Assembly: GCA_963734545.1 (NCBI GenBank)
Contig: CAVTHO010000006.1
Span: 64,001 to 128,000 of the forward strand
DNA from: an uncultured Spirochaetota bacterium
GTDB taxonomy: Bacteria > Spirochaetota > Spirochaetia > SZUA-6 > Fen-1364
DNA length: 64,000 nucleotides
Reading direction: 5' to 3'
Of this stretch, positions 1 to 9,718 are shown one piece after another. The translations under genes were made by a program, and so were the position numbers. How positions within the stretch are numbered: the first letter of the stretch is position 1; each line of letters starts with the position of its first letter. Under the pieces are notes generated by a model. The model had not been told where the DNA came from and made no database searches. It worked only from the letters and a program-made list of their open reading frames with translations.

Positions 1-1
1 G

Positions 2-391
2 TTCGAGCTGCAACGATACTACTCCTGGATTATCGATCGGTTCCACCTGTCAACCATGATGTATCAACTGAGGGCACATGGCAAGAAGTATGACTTTACC
101 TGGCTCGAGGATCGCCTGCTGCCGCTTGGATTCCGTCTGATATTCTGTGCAAGAAGTGATGACTCCTTTGCCAGGGCTCGGGATGAGCGGCTCAAGGTAT
201 CCGGCAATCCCTCGCAATACGATGATCTGCGGCCGTTTATTGAAGAGCAGAAGCTGATGCATCAGCTGGTTGCGGAATCGAAGCTCCCCGCGCTCACTGT
301 CGATGTCTCCGAGAACAATGTCACGAATGCGGTGGGCGCCATTGCAGGATGGCTTGAGCTGACGAATGGACTTCATATGCAGGACACCTGA
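2..391 (+). CDS. Partial (5'-truncated) hypothetical protein, possibly nucleotide monophosphate kinase-like
   Basis: Frame open from position 2 (FELQRYYSWIIDRFHLSTMMYQ). IIDRFxxS resembles the thymidylate-kinase DR motif; any P-loop would lie outside the window. Confidence 0.45.
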   Translation, partial: FELQRYYSWIIDRFHLSTMMYQLRAHGKKYDFTWLEDRLLPLGFRLIFCARSDDSFARARDERLKVSGNPSQYDDLRPFIEEQKLMHQLVAESKLPALTVDVSENNVTNAVGAIAGWLELTNGLHMQDT

Positions 392-472
392 GCGGCTGCC
401 GGGGGTATTCCCGCAAGACGGGCCAGGTTCCAGACGCAGGGCTATCCGGTACAAAGGAGGAAGGCGCAGGTT

Positions 473-1075
473 ATGCGTAAGGGCAGGCTGGAAGCGTTCA
501 GCGATGGCGTAATCGCCATACTGATCACAATAATGGTGCTCGAGCTGAAAATCCCTCATGGTACGGGAATTGCGGACCTTGCCGGGTTGTTGCCGCACTT
601 CCTGACATATGTCCTGAGTTTCGTTTTTCTTGCGATTTATTGGAACAATCATCATCATTTGCTGCATGCGGCAACCAGGATCAATGGAAAAATACTCTGG
701 GCCAACATGCATCTTCTTTTTTGGCTTTCACTGATTCCCTTCGTAACCGGTTGGATGGGAGAGAATCACTTTGCCTCAGCTCCCACCGCGGCCTATGGAG
801 TTGTTCTGCTTTTCGCGGCAATTGCGTACTATGTATTGCAGACTCTCATCAAGTCGGAAGAAGGGCCGGGTTCGCGGATTTCCCTCGCGTTGGGTGCCGA
901 TTTCAAGGGAAAACTGTCGCCCGTGCTGTATCTCGTGGCAATTCCAATGGCGTTTGTCCTGCAGTGGATATCTGAGGCGATTTACGTGTTCGTGGCGCTC
1001 TTATGGCTGATTCCCGACCGAAGAATCGAATCAAAGCTGATGGAGAAGAGGAATGAAAAAACGCCTCTTTACTGA
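473..1075 (+). CDS. TMEM175 family (DUF1211) potassium channel
   Basis: N-terminal RLEAFSDGVIAILITIMVLE signature, YWNNHH motif, six hydrophobic segments, AGGAGG RBS. Confidence 0.92.
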   Translation: MRKGRLEAFSDGVIAILITIMVLELKIPHGTGIADLAGLLPHFLTYVLSFVFLAIYWNNHHHLLHAATRINGKILWANMHLLFWLSLIPFVTGWMGENHFASAPTAAYGVVLLFAAIAYYVLQTLIKSEEGPGSRISLALGADFKGKLSPVLYLVAIPMAFVLQWISEAIYVFVALLWLIPDRRIESKLMEKRNEKTPLY

Positions 1076-1466
1076 CTCGAATGTCACGCCGACCGAAGCC
1101 CTTCTTCGAAAGCAACTGGGCGCTGCCATGGGCTACTATACGAGCATTCTGTCGAAATCCGGCGACTATCGCAAGCAGTGGCAATTCAGCCGTGGCAATG
1201 GCTGGATCCTCAAGGTTGATGATATGCGTAGGGCGCTTTTCTATCTTGTGCCATTTGACGGCGGAATCGAGGTCAGCCTGACGGTCCGCGACGGCGAAAG
1301 GGCGAGCCTCTTGCAGAACGGCGAGCAGGAAATCCTCTTCCCCCAGCTCGAGGCCGCGACCAAGTATTCGGACGGGTATGCCCTCCGATTCGGAATAGAG
1401 AGCCCTGGGGAGTGCAGATCAGTCACGAAGTTCCTCACCACACTGATGCGGATGAGGGCGACATGA
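1053..1466 (+). CDS. DUF3788-like protein
   Basis: 137 aa with W..GW.LK..ALFYLVP and C-terminal KY.DG pattern recalled for DUF3788; overlaps the upstream stop. Confidence 0.6.
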   Translation: MKKRLFTDSNVTPTEALLRKQLGAAMGYYTSILSKSGDYRKQWQFSRGNGWILKVDDMRRALFYLVPFDGGIEVSLTVRDGERASLLQNGEQEILFPQLEAATKYSDGYALRFGIESPGECRSVTKFLTTLMRMRAT

Positions 1467-1467
1467 A

Positions 1468-1505
1468 TTCTCGCGCCCACATGATCGGTGGGACGCGGGA
1501 AGTTT
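1468..1505 (+). terminator. Hairpin / probable terminator
   Basis: ttctcgcgcccac ... gtgggacgcgggaa imperfect stem followed by gtttgt, right after the stop codon. Confidence 0.45.
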
Positions 1506-1650
1506 GTCTGCATGGTGGTGCGACGGCGCGGCCTGTCTCAAAAAACTTGCATTGCGAAAACCTATGAATATAGTTGAGGGAGAGAGGCAGTCTGACTGGG
1601 GAGGAATGCTCTTGCCCGCGAAGTCATGAGGGCTTCGACAGCATAAACCA

Positions 1651-2418
1651 ATGCAAATGATCCTGGAGACGGTCATGACGATTCTCTCCCTGGTGGAGAA
1701 GCTCATTCCTGTCATCTCCCTGGCTCTCATTCTCCTTGTCTATCTCACGCTGCGAGAAGTCTCCCGGCAAAGGAGGGAAACATACCGGCCGCGGCTGTTT
1801 GTCGGGAAACAGCTGTACTCCGTGCAGAAGAATCCGAATGGAACGCCGTGTTTCCTGAAGAACGACAACAAGAAGCTGCATGACCTGCACGCGAAGCCTT
1901 ACGAGCTGGAGCTCGCCAACATCGGATTGGGCGCGGCCCACGCAATCAGGCTGAGCTGGAAGTACGACAAAGCCAAGATCATCAAAGAGCTGTCGGAGCT
2001 TGGCCGACAGTCCGGTCGACTCCACAATATCAGCAACGGGCATTTTCAGTACATGTTCAATGTCAACGACGCGGAACATGGCTACCGGTTCAGAATTGCC
2101 CGTCCTGCAGAAATCAACAGCGAGATACCTTTCTTGAAAGCCGGGAACATCATCAGGTTTACGCTGCCGGATACCGTCAGACACATCCTGACCTTCTTTC
2201 CGTATCTCAAGCTCTTGACCCTGGAGTTCCCCCATCGCATCGACATCGCGAATCGCGACGTCTTCATTCAAATCGTCTATCTGGACATCTCCGGGCAGGA
2301 GCACAGGCAATTGTTTCAAATGGTCGCCACCGGCTTCGCGTTCGGAAAAGAAGATCAGAATGGCAACTATGGCTCGGGCTCACTGGTCTTCCAAATGGTG
2401 AAAGAAAAGGACGCCTGA
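1651..2418 (+). CDS. Hypothetical protein with N-terminal membrane anchor
   Basis: 255 aa ORF with a hydrophobic helix followed by RQRRETYRP; no recognisable motif. Confidence 0.6.
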   Translation: MQMILETVMTILSLVEKLIPVISLALILLVYLTLREVSRQRRETYRPRLFVGKQLYSVQKNPNGTPCFLKNDNKKLHDLHAKPYELELANIGLGAAHAIRLSWKYDKAKIIKELSELGRQSGRLHNISNGHFQYMFNVNDAEHGYRFRIARPAEINSEIPFLKAGNIIRFTLPDTVRHILTFFPYLKLLTLEFPHRIDIANRDVFIQIVYLDISGQEHRQLFQMVATGFAFGKEDQNGNYGSGSLVFQMVKEKDA

Positions 2419-2431
2419 GAGAGAGCAGGGG

Positions 2432-3271
2432 ATGTACTATCCAAGAAACTTCGATCGAGGCCGCGCGATCGAGCTGGGTGGGCTGGTCAAACAGGCGTAC
2501 TCTCAGTTGAAAAGCTTTCAAGACGATGTAGAGTGGAACCTCAAGGGGAACTACTCTCTCGTCAGCGAGCTGAAATACCAGGGGACGCAGGCGTCTCCAG
2601 GCAAGACGGTCAATCAGTTCGACAAGGAATTGAGAGAGTTCGCAAGGTCCAAGCTGCAGAGAGGGAAAGGTCTTCCGATAGGTTTCATCGCGCAAGACCC
2701 GGGGGATGTGTTTCTGATTTTTCGAGGAACCATGACTGCGGGCGAATGGCTTCGCGACCTCAATATCCGCCTGACCTCCTACCCGCACCTCGATTCCTGC
2801 AGGGTGCATGAAGGATTTCTTCAGACCTACAACGTGTTCCGCTCGGAAATCACAGACACTCTGGCCCGCCTCGACGCCAGGAAACGCTTTTTCATAGCAG
2901 GCCACAGCCTCGGGGCTGCACTGGCGACTCTGGCTGTTCCGGATCTTGCGGCCTCCACTGGCTTCAAGTCGCCTTTTGTCTATACGTATGCCTCGCCCCG
3001 CGTGGGTGATAAGGAATTTGCCCAATTCTATGATCGCCAATGCGGCAAGAGATCGTTCCGGATCGCAAATACAGCAGATCTCGTCGTCTCCATTCCCCCG
3101 CCTGTCCCGTTCTTGAGATTTATCGGGGGCTTCTTTACTCATGTCGAAACGCCGATCGATTTTACCATTCAAAACGAGGATCTGGAGAAGAATCATGTCA
3201 TCGACACCTATATTACGGCACTCGAGGAAGATCGAGACACGCAGGGATTCCTGAAGAGACTATTCAGGTAG
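2432..3271 (+). CDS. Class 3 lipase (alpha/beta hydrolase)
   Basis: IFRGT, VHEGF, AGHSLGAALA nucleophile elbow, YASPRVG, RIAN..DLV..IPP and terminal catalytic His (NHVIDTY). Confidence 0.92.
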   Translation: MYYPRNFDRGRAIELGGLVKQAYSQLKSFQDDVEWNLKGNYSLVSELKYQGTQASPGKTVNQFDKELREFARSKLQRGKGLPIGFIAQDPGDVFLIFRGTMTAGEWLRDLNIRLTSYPHLDSCRVHEGFLQTYNVFRSEITDTLARLDARKRFFIAGHSLGAALATLAVPDLAASTGFKSPFVYTYASPRVGDKEFAQFYDRQCGKRSFRIANTADLVVSIPPPVPFLRFIGGFFTHVETPIDFTIQNEDLEKNHVIDTYITALEEDRDTQGFLKRLFR

Positions 3272-3297
3272 GCGCCCTGCGAGAACGGAGGAATTCC

Positions 3298-4104
3298 GTG
3301 GGCGTTCGCCGCTTCATGCCGGCATTTTTCTTTGTCGTCCTTGTTTCATGCGGCTCTCTGGGCATCGCACAGACCGACCCCGGCGCGCATTCGGCGGGGC
3401 CGGCCGATAAAAACACCACGAACGGGAATTCCCGCACGGGCACGCCCGCCGGGAGCCGCAATCAGCCATCCCTTGAAAAGGTTCCGCCCCTCGAATCCAT
3501 GTCCTCGAAATGGAGGAGAGAAACAGTCGATACGGGAGCCTCCGCAGAGTACCTGACGGAAACAGAAAGGCAGGTAGTGCTTGAGATCAACAAGGTGCGC
3601 GCAGATCCCGCTGAATATGCGAAAAGGTACCTTGCGCCTCTGCGACAGTTTTACAATGGAAAGCTTTTCCGCGTACCCGGGGAAACCGCCATCTCCACGA
3701 ATGAAGGGACCGCGGCTCTTGATGAATGCATCAAGGAGCTGCAGCAGACAAGGCCGCGGCAGGTGCTCTCCCCCAGGAAAGGCATGAGTCAGGCCGCACG
3801 CGACCATGCAAAGGACCAGAGCAGAACAGGGGCCACCGGTCACACCGGAAAAGACGGTTCGACCGCCTCGGAGAGAATCAATCGATACGGCAAATGGGAC
3901 ATCGCCGCGGGGGAGAACATCGACTATGGGAACGGCAGTCCAAGAATGATCGTGGTTTCCCTGCTTGTCGACGACGGTGTGCCCTCCCGCGGACACCGGC
4001 GGAACCTGCTGGACAGAACATTCAGGCTCATAGGACTTTCTGTCGGATCCCACCCGTTGTATCGGTACATGTGCGTCATGGATTTCGCGGGAGCGTACAA
4101 CTAG
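3298..4104 (+). CDS. Secreted CAP (SCP/PR-1) domain protein
   Basis: EINKVRADP, AARDHAKD, GENIDYG, LLVDDGVPSRGHRRNLL. GTG start after GGAGG chosen over the ORF-track start at 3040. Confidence 0.88.
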   Translation: MGVRRFMPAFFFVVLVSCGSLGIAQTDPGAHSAGPADKNTTNGNSRTGTPAGSRNQPSLEKVPPLESMSSKWRRETVDTGASAEYLTETERQVVLEINKVRADPAEYAKRYLAPLRQFYNGKLFRVPGETAISTNEGTAALDECIKELQQTRPRQVLSPRKGMSQAARDHAKDQSRTGATGHTGKDGSTASERINRYGKWDIAAGENIDYGNGSPRMIVVSLLVDDGVPSRGHRRNLLDRTFRLIGLSVGSHPLYRYMCVMDFAGAYN

Positions 4105-4170
4105 GGGCTGCAAATGAGAGCCGCGTGACCGCCGTGAGGAGCCGACGCGGTCTCTCCGGGGACACGCTTC

Positions 4171-4614
4171 TCACCACAACTCGGGAAGCGCCCGACCTGA
4201 CTCCATCAATGATTTCAAGCTCGAAAGGACTTTCGGCCAGCCCTGCATGATGCCTTGAAGCATGTCGGAGCCAGGCTCGAGCCGGTCATGAGTCACCGTC
4301 AGGCGCACGACATCGCCGATCGGCTCGAGCTCGAATGTGACCCGCGTATGCCTTTTCTCCTGTGTCTCATCGGCCGGAAAAGCCCACGTCAGGACGAGAC
4401 GACGGGGTGGAGAGCTCTCGATAACCTTCCCGACCAGGAGAACCGCTCCGTCCTTGCCGGCGCGGCGATGCTCCCATCGGGAGCCGGGCCGCCAGTCGGA
4501 GACGTTGACGTGCTGCCAATACTTCGTGGTCATCTCGGCGTCAATAAGCGCATTCCAGAGTTTTTCCGGCGTCGTTGAAATGTACGTGACATAGACGAAC
4601 TGGGGCTTATCCAT
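4171..4614 (-). CDS. SRPBCC/AHSA1 domain protein
   Basis: YVTYISTTPEKLWNAL, PPRRLVLTW, GWPKVLSSLKSLME; overlaps the end of the upstream ArsR gene. Confidence 0.92.
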   Translation of the reverse strand: MDKPQFVYVTYISTTPEKLWNALIDAEMTTKYWQHVNVSDWRPGSRWEHRRAGKDGAVLLVGKVIESSPPRRLVLTWAFPADETQEKRHTRVTFELEPIGDVVRLTVTHDRLEPGSDMLQGIMQGWPKVLSSLKSLMESGRALPELW

Positions 4615-4930
4615 GATGGTCTCCTTCCGACCTTTTCTTGAGGTCATGCAAGGCGTCCAGGTGCTGACGCTCGTATTTTTCGATCCAGCGTCCGTATATT
4701 TCGTGAATGGGGACGGGATTGAGATAATGCAGTTTTTCACGGCCTCTGCGAATTGTCACAATCAGGTTTGCGTCTTCCAGCCGCTTGAGGTGCTGCGTGA
4801 CCGCCTGACGCGTCATGTCGAGCTGTGCACAGAGCTCTCCCAACGTCTGGCCGCTGTGCGCACGCAGGGTATCGAGCAGACGCCTCCTCGTGGGATCAGC
4901 AAGGGCTTTGAACACATTATCAATATCCAC
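4607..4930 (-). CDS. ArsR/SmtB family transcriptional regulator
   Basis: VFKALADPTRRRLLD, MTRQAVTQHLKRLEDANL, GREKLHYLNPVP; typical ArsR-SRPBCC pair. Confidence 0.92.
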   Translation of the reverse strand: MDIDNVFKALADPTRRRLLDTLRAHSGQTLGELCAQLDMTRQAVTQHLKRLEDANLIVTIRRGREKLHYLNPVPIHEIYGRWIEKYERQHLDALHDLKKRSEGDHHG

Positions 4931-4937
4931 GCAGGCG

Positions 4938-4967
4938 AATATATGCAAGAAAAAACTTGCATGTCAA
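4938..4967 (-). promoter_or_regulatory. Sigma70 promoter with overlapping palindromic ArsR operator
   Basis: Minus strand TTGACA...TATATT, 7 nt before GTG. Perfect inverted repeat ATGCAAG-N6-CTTGCAT at 4943-4962 fills the spacer. Confidence 0.7.
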
Positions 4968-5010
4968 GCTCGGACCTGATTAGTATATTGCATGCGGGAG
5001 GGAACACAGG

Positions 5011-5463
5011 ATGAACCTCGCAGAATTGGCTGATTTTCTGGTTGAGGCCAAGGTAAATACCTACGCGGCCCAAAAGGGCAAGGTCGATTCGTCCAGGAAA
5101 GGGTCCCACGATCTCGCCTACCGGAATGGCAGCTACTTCTATCTCGACAGCTACCTTGGCGAGAAGGATTTTTCAGGGGAAGAGATAGTGTATCGGGAAG
5201 AAAAACCGGTCTGGAGCATGAATTACTATGGAAAAATGCTGCGCGACAATGTTCCTGAAGGTTTCATCGAAACGCTGAGAGAGGCATTGCTGAAGATCGG
5301 TACTGAGGAACCATACAGGGGGTGCAGGCACCACAAGAGGGGCCGGTATGAGTACTTCTGCGCAGTCGAAGGCGGGATCGGTTTCTTCCACGGAGTCGAA
5401 AGGATAGAGTACGAGGCGGAAGAAGTATATCGTCTCTACTTTCACGGAGGGCTGGTCGATTAG
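5011..5463 (+). CDS. DUF5680-like protein
   Basis: FLVEAK.NTYA, YLDSYLG...FSGEE, PVWSMNYYG, PYRG and terminal FHGG motif. Confidence 0.8.
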   Translation: MNLAELADFLVEAKVNTYAAQKGKVDSSRKGSHDLAYRNGSYFYLDSYLGEKDFSGEEIVYREEKPVWSMNYYGKMLRDNVPEGFIETLREALLKIGTEEPYRGCRHHKRGRYEYFCAVEGGIGFFHGVERIEYEAEEVYRLYFHGGLVD

Positions 5464-5595
5464 CCTGCCTGTTCCCCGCGTCCCGAGGCCCACCGGGTCT
5501 GGATTGACAGCCGGCGTCATTCAGGGTACGAGACCCACTGAGGGGACCCGCGCCGACCGTGCTCACGGCAACCGTGAATTGGATGGAGGACAATC

Positions 5596-6450
5596 ATGAA
5601 ACGAGTAGCCATACTCCTGCTGGTGGCGTTGCTCATTTCCTGTCGTGAAAGACCGGCCAGGGGCCAGGGATCGGCCGCTTCCGGGCCCGAGACGTCCTCG
5701 CCAGAGACGTCGGTATCCGCAGTGTCCGGGTCCATGGTATTCACGTCAATGCAGCAGCTCAAGGACGTCCGCATCGGATCGATTCATAACCAGATCATGG
5801 GGTTGGAAGGGGACATCCCGAACGCACCCATATCCGCAAACATGCTGACGCTGGGCCCCTTGCAGCAGTCGCTGGAGGTCAGGCTCACCAGAGAGACACA
5901 GATCGACCAGGGGGTAAGAATCATCGCCCGGGGAAACCAGGTTGAGTATTCCGTGGAGGTCGAAAGAGATGCCATATCGGTGGCCGGTCACGACGATACG
6001 ATTTTCGGATTCTATTTCAACGTTCCATTCGAGAACAAACCCTGGAGCCGGATCACCAGTTGGCGTCTCACGGTGTCTGCCGGCAATGAGATCGTCATAG
6101 AAAAAGAGCTCGAGATCGCCGCACGAGATCTCATCCTGTACACGAAAGCGGCGGACAATCCTTTCGATGCCATTGATATCACCCATCTCTCCAAAGGGCA
6201 GACGTACAAGATCTTCTACCAGAACCTTCAGTCTGATCTGTTGATCGCGTACTACACGAGCGACTATTCCACGTACACGCCATTCTACGCAGGCAAGGCG
6301 GATTCACGTCTCGACCCCCATTCCGCGCCTGAAATCACGATCAGCACGCACGCGCCCTCCGGCTCGTATTTCTTCACTCACAAGGCACGGGAGGCGATCT
6401 CCCGGAGCGATGAAGAGTTGCCCGTCTTCGGCTACAGGGTGATTGAATAG
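5596..6450 (+). CDS. Hypothetical lipoprotein
   Basis: MKRVAILLLVALLIS-C lipobox, Ser/Pro-rich linker, GGAGG RBS. Confidence 0.7.
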   Translation: MKRVAILLLVALLISCRERPARGQGSAASGPETSSPETSVSAVSGSMVFTSMQQLKDVRIGSIHNQIMGLEGDIPNAPISANMLTLGPLQQSLEVRLTRETQIDQGVRIIARGNQVEYSVEVERDAISVAGHDDTIFGFYFNVPFENKPWSRITSWRLTVSAGNEIVIEKELEIAARDLILYTKAADNPFDAIDITHLSKGQTYKIFYQNLQSDLLIAYYTSDYSTYTPFYAGKADSRLDPHSAPEITISTHAPSGSYFFTHKAREAISRSDEELPVFGYRVIE

Positions 6451-6553
6451 GAGGGGGATCCGGCGCGACACACGGGACCTTTGGCCGGCGTGTCCGCTAT
6501 TCTTGACATTTACCGGCCGGGATATGACATTGCAGCATGGAGGATGTTCCGCC

Positions 6554-7015
6554 TTGAGGAGAGCCATTGCAGCAGTTATCTTCGTCTTTCTTGCTTACGG
6601 TTCATTCGCATCGGACTTCCGCAAGACCTCGTGGTTGATGAGCAAGGAACAGGTTCTCGCCTCGGAGGATGGCACGCTCGTCACGGAGAGGAATGTCGCC
6701 GGCCAGCAGGAAGTGGTCTATCGTGCGCGGTTCGAAGGATACGAGGGCTCCGTCACGTACGTGCTGGAAAACGACAAGCTGCTCGCGGCAAGCTACAACT
6801 ACAAGAAGGACGACACCCGGCAGGTCTACAGCCACATGAAGGAAAGTCTGACGCGTCAATTCGGAAAGCCGGCGCTCCAGACGGACAGCCTTGCCGTCTG
6901 GCGCTCGGAGCGCACCGAGATTGCCCTGGCGTATCGCGCCGAGAAGACCTGCTACGTCGCGTTCTGGGAGAAAGGCTATTTTGCGCGGATCAACAGGCTG
7001 ACCACCGCGGAATAG
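6554..7015 (+). CDS. Hypothetical exported protein
   Basis: Signal-like N-terminus then DFRKTSWLMSKEQV. Start uncertain (TTG 6554 after GGAGG, or ATG 6524). Confidence 0.6.
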   Translation: MRRAIAAVIFVFLAYGSFASDFRKTSWLMSKEQVLASEDGTLVTERNVAGQQEVVYRARFEGYEGSVTYVLENDKLLAASYNYKKDDTRQVYSHMKESLTRQFGKPALQTDSLAVWRSERTEIALAYRAEKTCYVAFWEKGYFARINRLTTAE

Positions 7016-7030
7016 TCCCGGCCAGATCCT

Positions 7031-7627
7031 TTACCTTCTTTTCAAATTCTCGAGAATCCTGCGATAGATGAGCGTGAACCGGTCGATGCGGCGCAGCTTT
7101 GCGCGCGAATCCGCACTCCAGACGCTGTCCGGATGATCTTCCACTACCCGCGAGAAGTATCCGTATGCAGCCTGCAGGAAGCCCAGGCTGCCGGCGATGT
7201 CTTCCGCCGCTGTGTAGCGCCGCGTGAAATGGGGCACCCGTCCGGCGGCGATTTTCCTGTTGATCTCCGCAATCCCGTGGATCGCGAGAGAAAAGTTGAT
7301 AAACCCCTGCTTGTAGTACGCGTAGGAAGGATCGCGATGCGCGGCAAGGCCCGGCCCTGACGCTTGCGGGGAACGGCTTTCCCGTCGGGCAGTCGGATGC
7401 GGGGGAGCATGATCCTCCCGCATGGTAAGGGAGCTCATGAGCGCGGTATAGGCCTCCGTGAGAGTGATCGTCGTGAGCTCCTGCAGCGCCTTTTTCTCGC
7501 TTGGGAACCTGTCCGGATGGTTCTCCATCACGAGCCTGCGGTATGCCTGTTTGATCTGGTCCTGCGTGGCGTTTCCCGTGACGCCCAGAATGTCCCTGAA
7601 ATGCTGCTCACTCATAGAAAAGGCCAT
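7031..7627 (-). CDS. J-domain (DnaJ-like) protein
   Basis: ILGV...ATQDQIKQAYRRLVMENHPDRF J-domain with HPD motif; helical C-terminus. Confidence 0.85.
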   Translation of the reverse strand: MAFSMSEQHFRDILGVTGNATQDQIKQAYRRLVMENHPDRFPSEKKALQELTTITLTEAYTALMSSLTMREDHAPPHPTARRESRSPQASGPGLAAHRDPSYAYYKQGFINFSLAIHGIAEINRKIAAGRVPHFTRRYTAAEDIAGSLGFLQAAYGYFSRVVEDHPDSVWSADSRAKLRRIDRFTLIYRRILENLKRR

Positions 7628-7643
7628 GGAACCCCTGCAGGGC

Positions 7644-9026
7644 TCAGCCCTCGCCGTTCTCCCTGTACTCGTGTCGACGCTGGTTGCCCTTCACGATGCT
7701 GTTCTTGATCGCGAGAAGCTCGATCTTGATCCCTCGCGAGGTTTTCTTCTCCTGCGCCGCCTTGTCATGGAAGTACGTGTTGAGGCTCCCGAGGCGGCGA
7801 TGGATGAGGAGCAGCTCGTTCAGCTGCTTGTCCACGAAGGCCGCCAGCTGCCGCTCACCGGTGCTCTCCAGCCTTCGGAGCGCGGGGCCGGTGCCCGAGG
7901 CGAGTGTCGCCATGAGGCTCGATTTTTTTCGCGCTTCTTCCAGCAGCTTGGGGAAATCCACGACCTCTGTCTTGGGAGCCGGGACGCCGGGCTCCGCGTA
8001 TTGCACCTTGTACGCGCGATCCACGGTGCGCGGGGTCGCTCTCCTGCGCAGGAGGCGCCTCAACCAGCCGCCGCCTGATCCGCGATTCTCGAGGAGAAGG
8101 AGACGCTCGTTTTCCTCGAGGATGGCGAGAGCTGTCGCAAGCTCCTCGTGCGGACGGGAAAGTATCCGTACAGCCTCCAACAGGATCGGCTTTCCCTCCG
8201 GGAGCACCGTTGTCTTCACCGGTTCCGCCTCGACAACAGCCAGCGACGCGAGGACCTTCTCCTTCATGGCAGCGCCGTCACCCGCGAGCTCTTCCTCCAG
8301 GACTTCTTCCGCGAGAGCGGGATACCACGGTCTGCCCGGCATCCACTGCCCGAAACCCCTGCGGACAGCGCGCAGCGCCTCCTCTTTCCGCATGCGCGCC
8401 TCCGGCGCGCCGAGCGGGACCTGCTGCAGCACTTTGCTCCGCAGCTCCGCCTTCCATGATTCGCGGTGGTATGCGATCAGTTCCGCGACCATCCCGCGAA
8501 TCTGGTGAATGGTCTTTACGGCCTGGATATCGCAGTCCTTGAGGATCTGGGAGGCCATCGAGTCCGTGCCCATGCGCACCTTCATGAATACCCGGGCGAA
8601 CGCGCGCGTGGTGGGGCTCGTGGAGCCTTCGCCGAACTCCAGCCAGTTGATGAATGTCACGAGGGCCGAGATTTTCTTGAGCCGGACCAGGGTGAGCGCG
8701 TGGAGGTCGAAGGCGGCTTCCGTGGTCAGGAACTTGAGCTGGCGCCTGAACGCGGCCAGCCGGTAGCTCACCTCGTCCGTGTTTTCAAAATCGGGGAGCG
8801 GCTCGTCCTTGGGAATGACGATTTCCGTGAAGACCTGCTCGTAGTTGTACGGATCCTCACGGAGCAGGCCCTTGCGGATGAGCATGGCCATGGCGCCGTC
8901 GAAAAGCGCCTGATAGGAAAGGAGGGCGTCCTTCAGACGCGGGATCTGCGTTTCTGTCAGCCATTTTGAACGCTTCTCCAGCGCCGCTTCGAGCTGCCCG
9001 AGGTAGTCCGCAGATCCTTCCATCAC
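7644..9026 (-). CDS. Conserved hypothetical alpha-helical protein (spirochaete type)
   Basis: 460 aa ORF with typical codon bias; L.RKGLL.EDPY.Y motif that I recall from spirochaete hypotheticals; TATAAT just upstream. Confidence 0.7.
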   Translation of the reverse strand: MMEGSADYLGQLEAALEKRSKWLTETQIPRLKDALLSYQALFDGAMAMLIRKGLLREDPYNYEQVFTEIVIPKDEPLPDFENTDEVSYRLAAFRRQLKFLTTEAAFDLHALTLVRLKKISALVTFINWLEFGEGSTSPTTRAFARVFMKVRMGTDSMASQILKDCDIQAVKTIHQIRGMVAELIAYHRESWKAELRSKVLQQVPLGAPEARMRKEEALRAVRRGFGQWMPGRPWYPALAEEVLEEELAGDGAAMKEKVLASLAVVEAEPVKTTVLPEGKPILLEAVRILSRPHEELATALAILEENERLLLLENRGSGGGWLRRLLRRRATPRTVDRAYKVQYAEPGVPAPKTEVVDFPKLLEEARKKSSLMATLASGTGPALRRLESTGERQLAAFVDKQLNELLLIHRRLGSLNTYFHDKAAQEKKTSRGIKIELLAIKNSIVKGNQRRHEYRENGEG

Positions 9027-9130
9027 AATAGATTATAGGGTAAAGTCGAGGCGGACGCAACGCAGGAAAGGGCGGCCACGGCGCCTTTCGCGGTACACCG
9101 CGCCCTTCCGTGGCATTACAGGCATGCACG

Positions 9131-9655
9131 ATGGGAACCGCCGGGGTTTTCAGCAGGGAGAAGCTTGTCATCGCGATTCTCATCTCCGCTCTCGGCAGGA
9201 GGGACGAGCTGGTGGCATGTCTTGCCGACCGCTGGGGTCCCGTCGACTATGCCTCCGAACCTTTCCCTTTCGCATTCACGCACTATTATGACGCCGAGAT
9301 GGGTACGCCGATCGACCGGCTCTTCATCTCCTTCGAGCGCCTGGTCGATCCCACCTGTCTCGCGAGGACCAAGCAGGAGACAAACGGTATTGAGGACCTG
9401 TTTCGCGAGAAGGGGAGCCGGAAGGTCAACCTGGATCCCGGTCTTCTGTCCCTTCCACGGTTCGTCCTTGCTACGACCAAGGAGAACGCTCACCGCATCC
9501 CCCTGGCGGAAGGCATCTACGCGGAGATAACGCTCCTGTACGGAAAGGGCAGCTACCGACCGCTTCCGTGGACCTACCCCGATTTCCGATCGGAGCCCAC
9601 CCTCTCGATCCTCAACAGGATCCGCGCACAATACAAGAAGCAGCCAAGGCGATAG
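9131..9655 (+). CDS. DUF4416 family protein
   Basis: F.FTHYYDAEMG, RKVNLDPG, LATTK..AHRI.L..GIYAE, LPWTYPD. Confidence 0.9.
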   Translation: MGTAGVFSREKLVIAILISALGRRDELVACLADRWGPVDYASEPFPFAFTHYYDAEMGTPIDRLFISFERLVDPTCLARTKQETNGIEDLFREKGSRKVNLDPGLLSLPRFVLATTKENAHRIPLAEGIYAEITLLYGKGSYRPLPWTYPDFRSEPTLSILNRIRAQYKKQPRR

Positions 9656-9718
9656 AGAGAGCTTTCCTGGCGGAATCCTCCTGCAAGCACGGAGAACCCG
9701 GGACGCGTATCTAGTAGA

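Noticed and set aside
5464-5595. c-di-GMP-I riboswitch ahead of the lipoprotein
   Set aside because: Only a loose resemblance (ccgggtct...tgacagccgg); the GGCAAA/GAAA/GACGCAAA elements are missing.
391-7030. Integron cassette array
   Set aside because: No RYYYAAC...GTTRRRY attC structures between the genes, mixed orientations, and no integrase.
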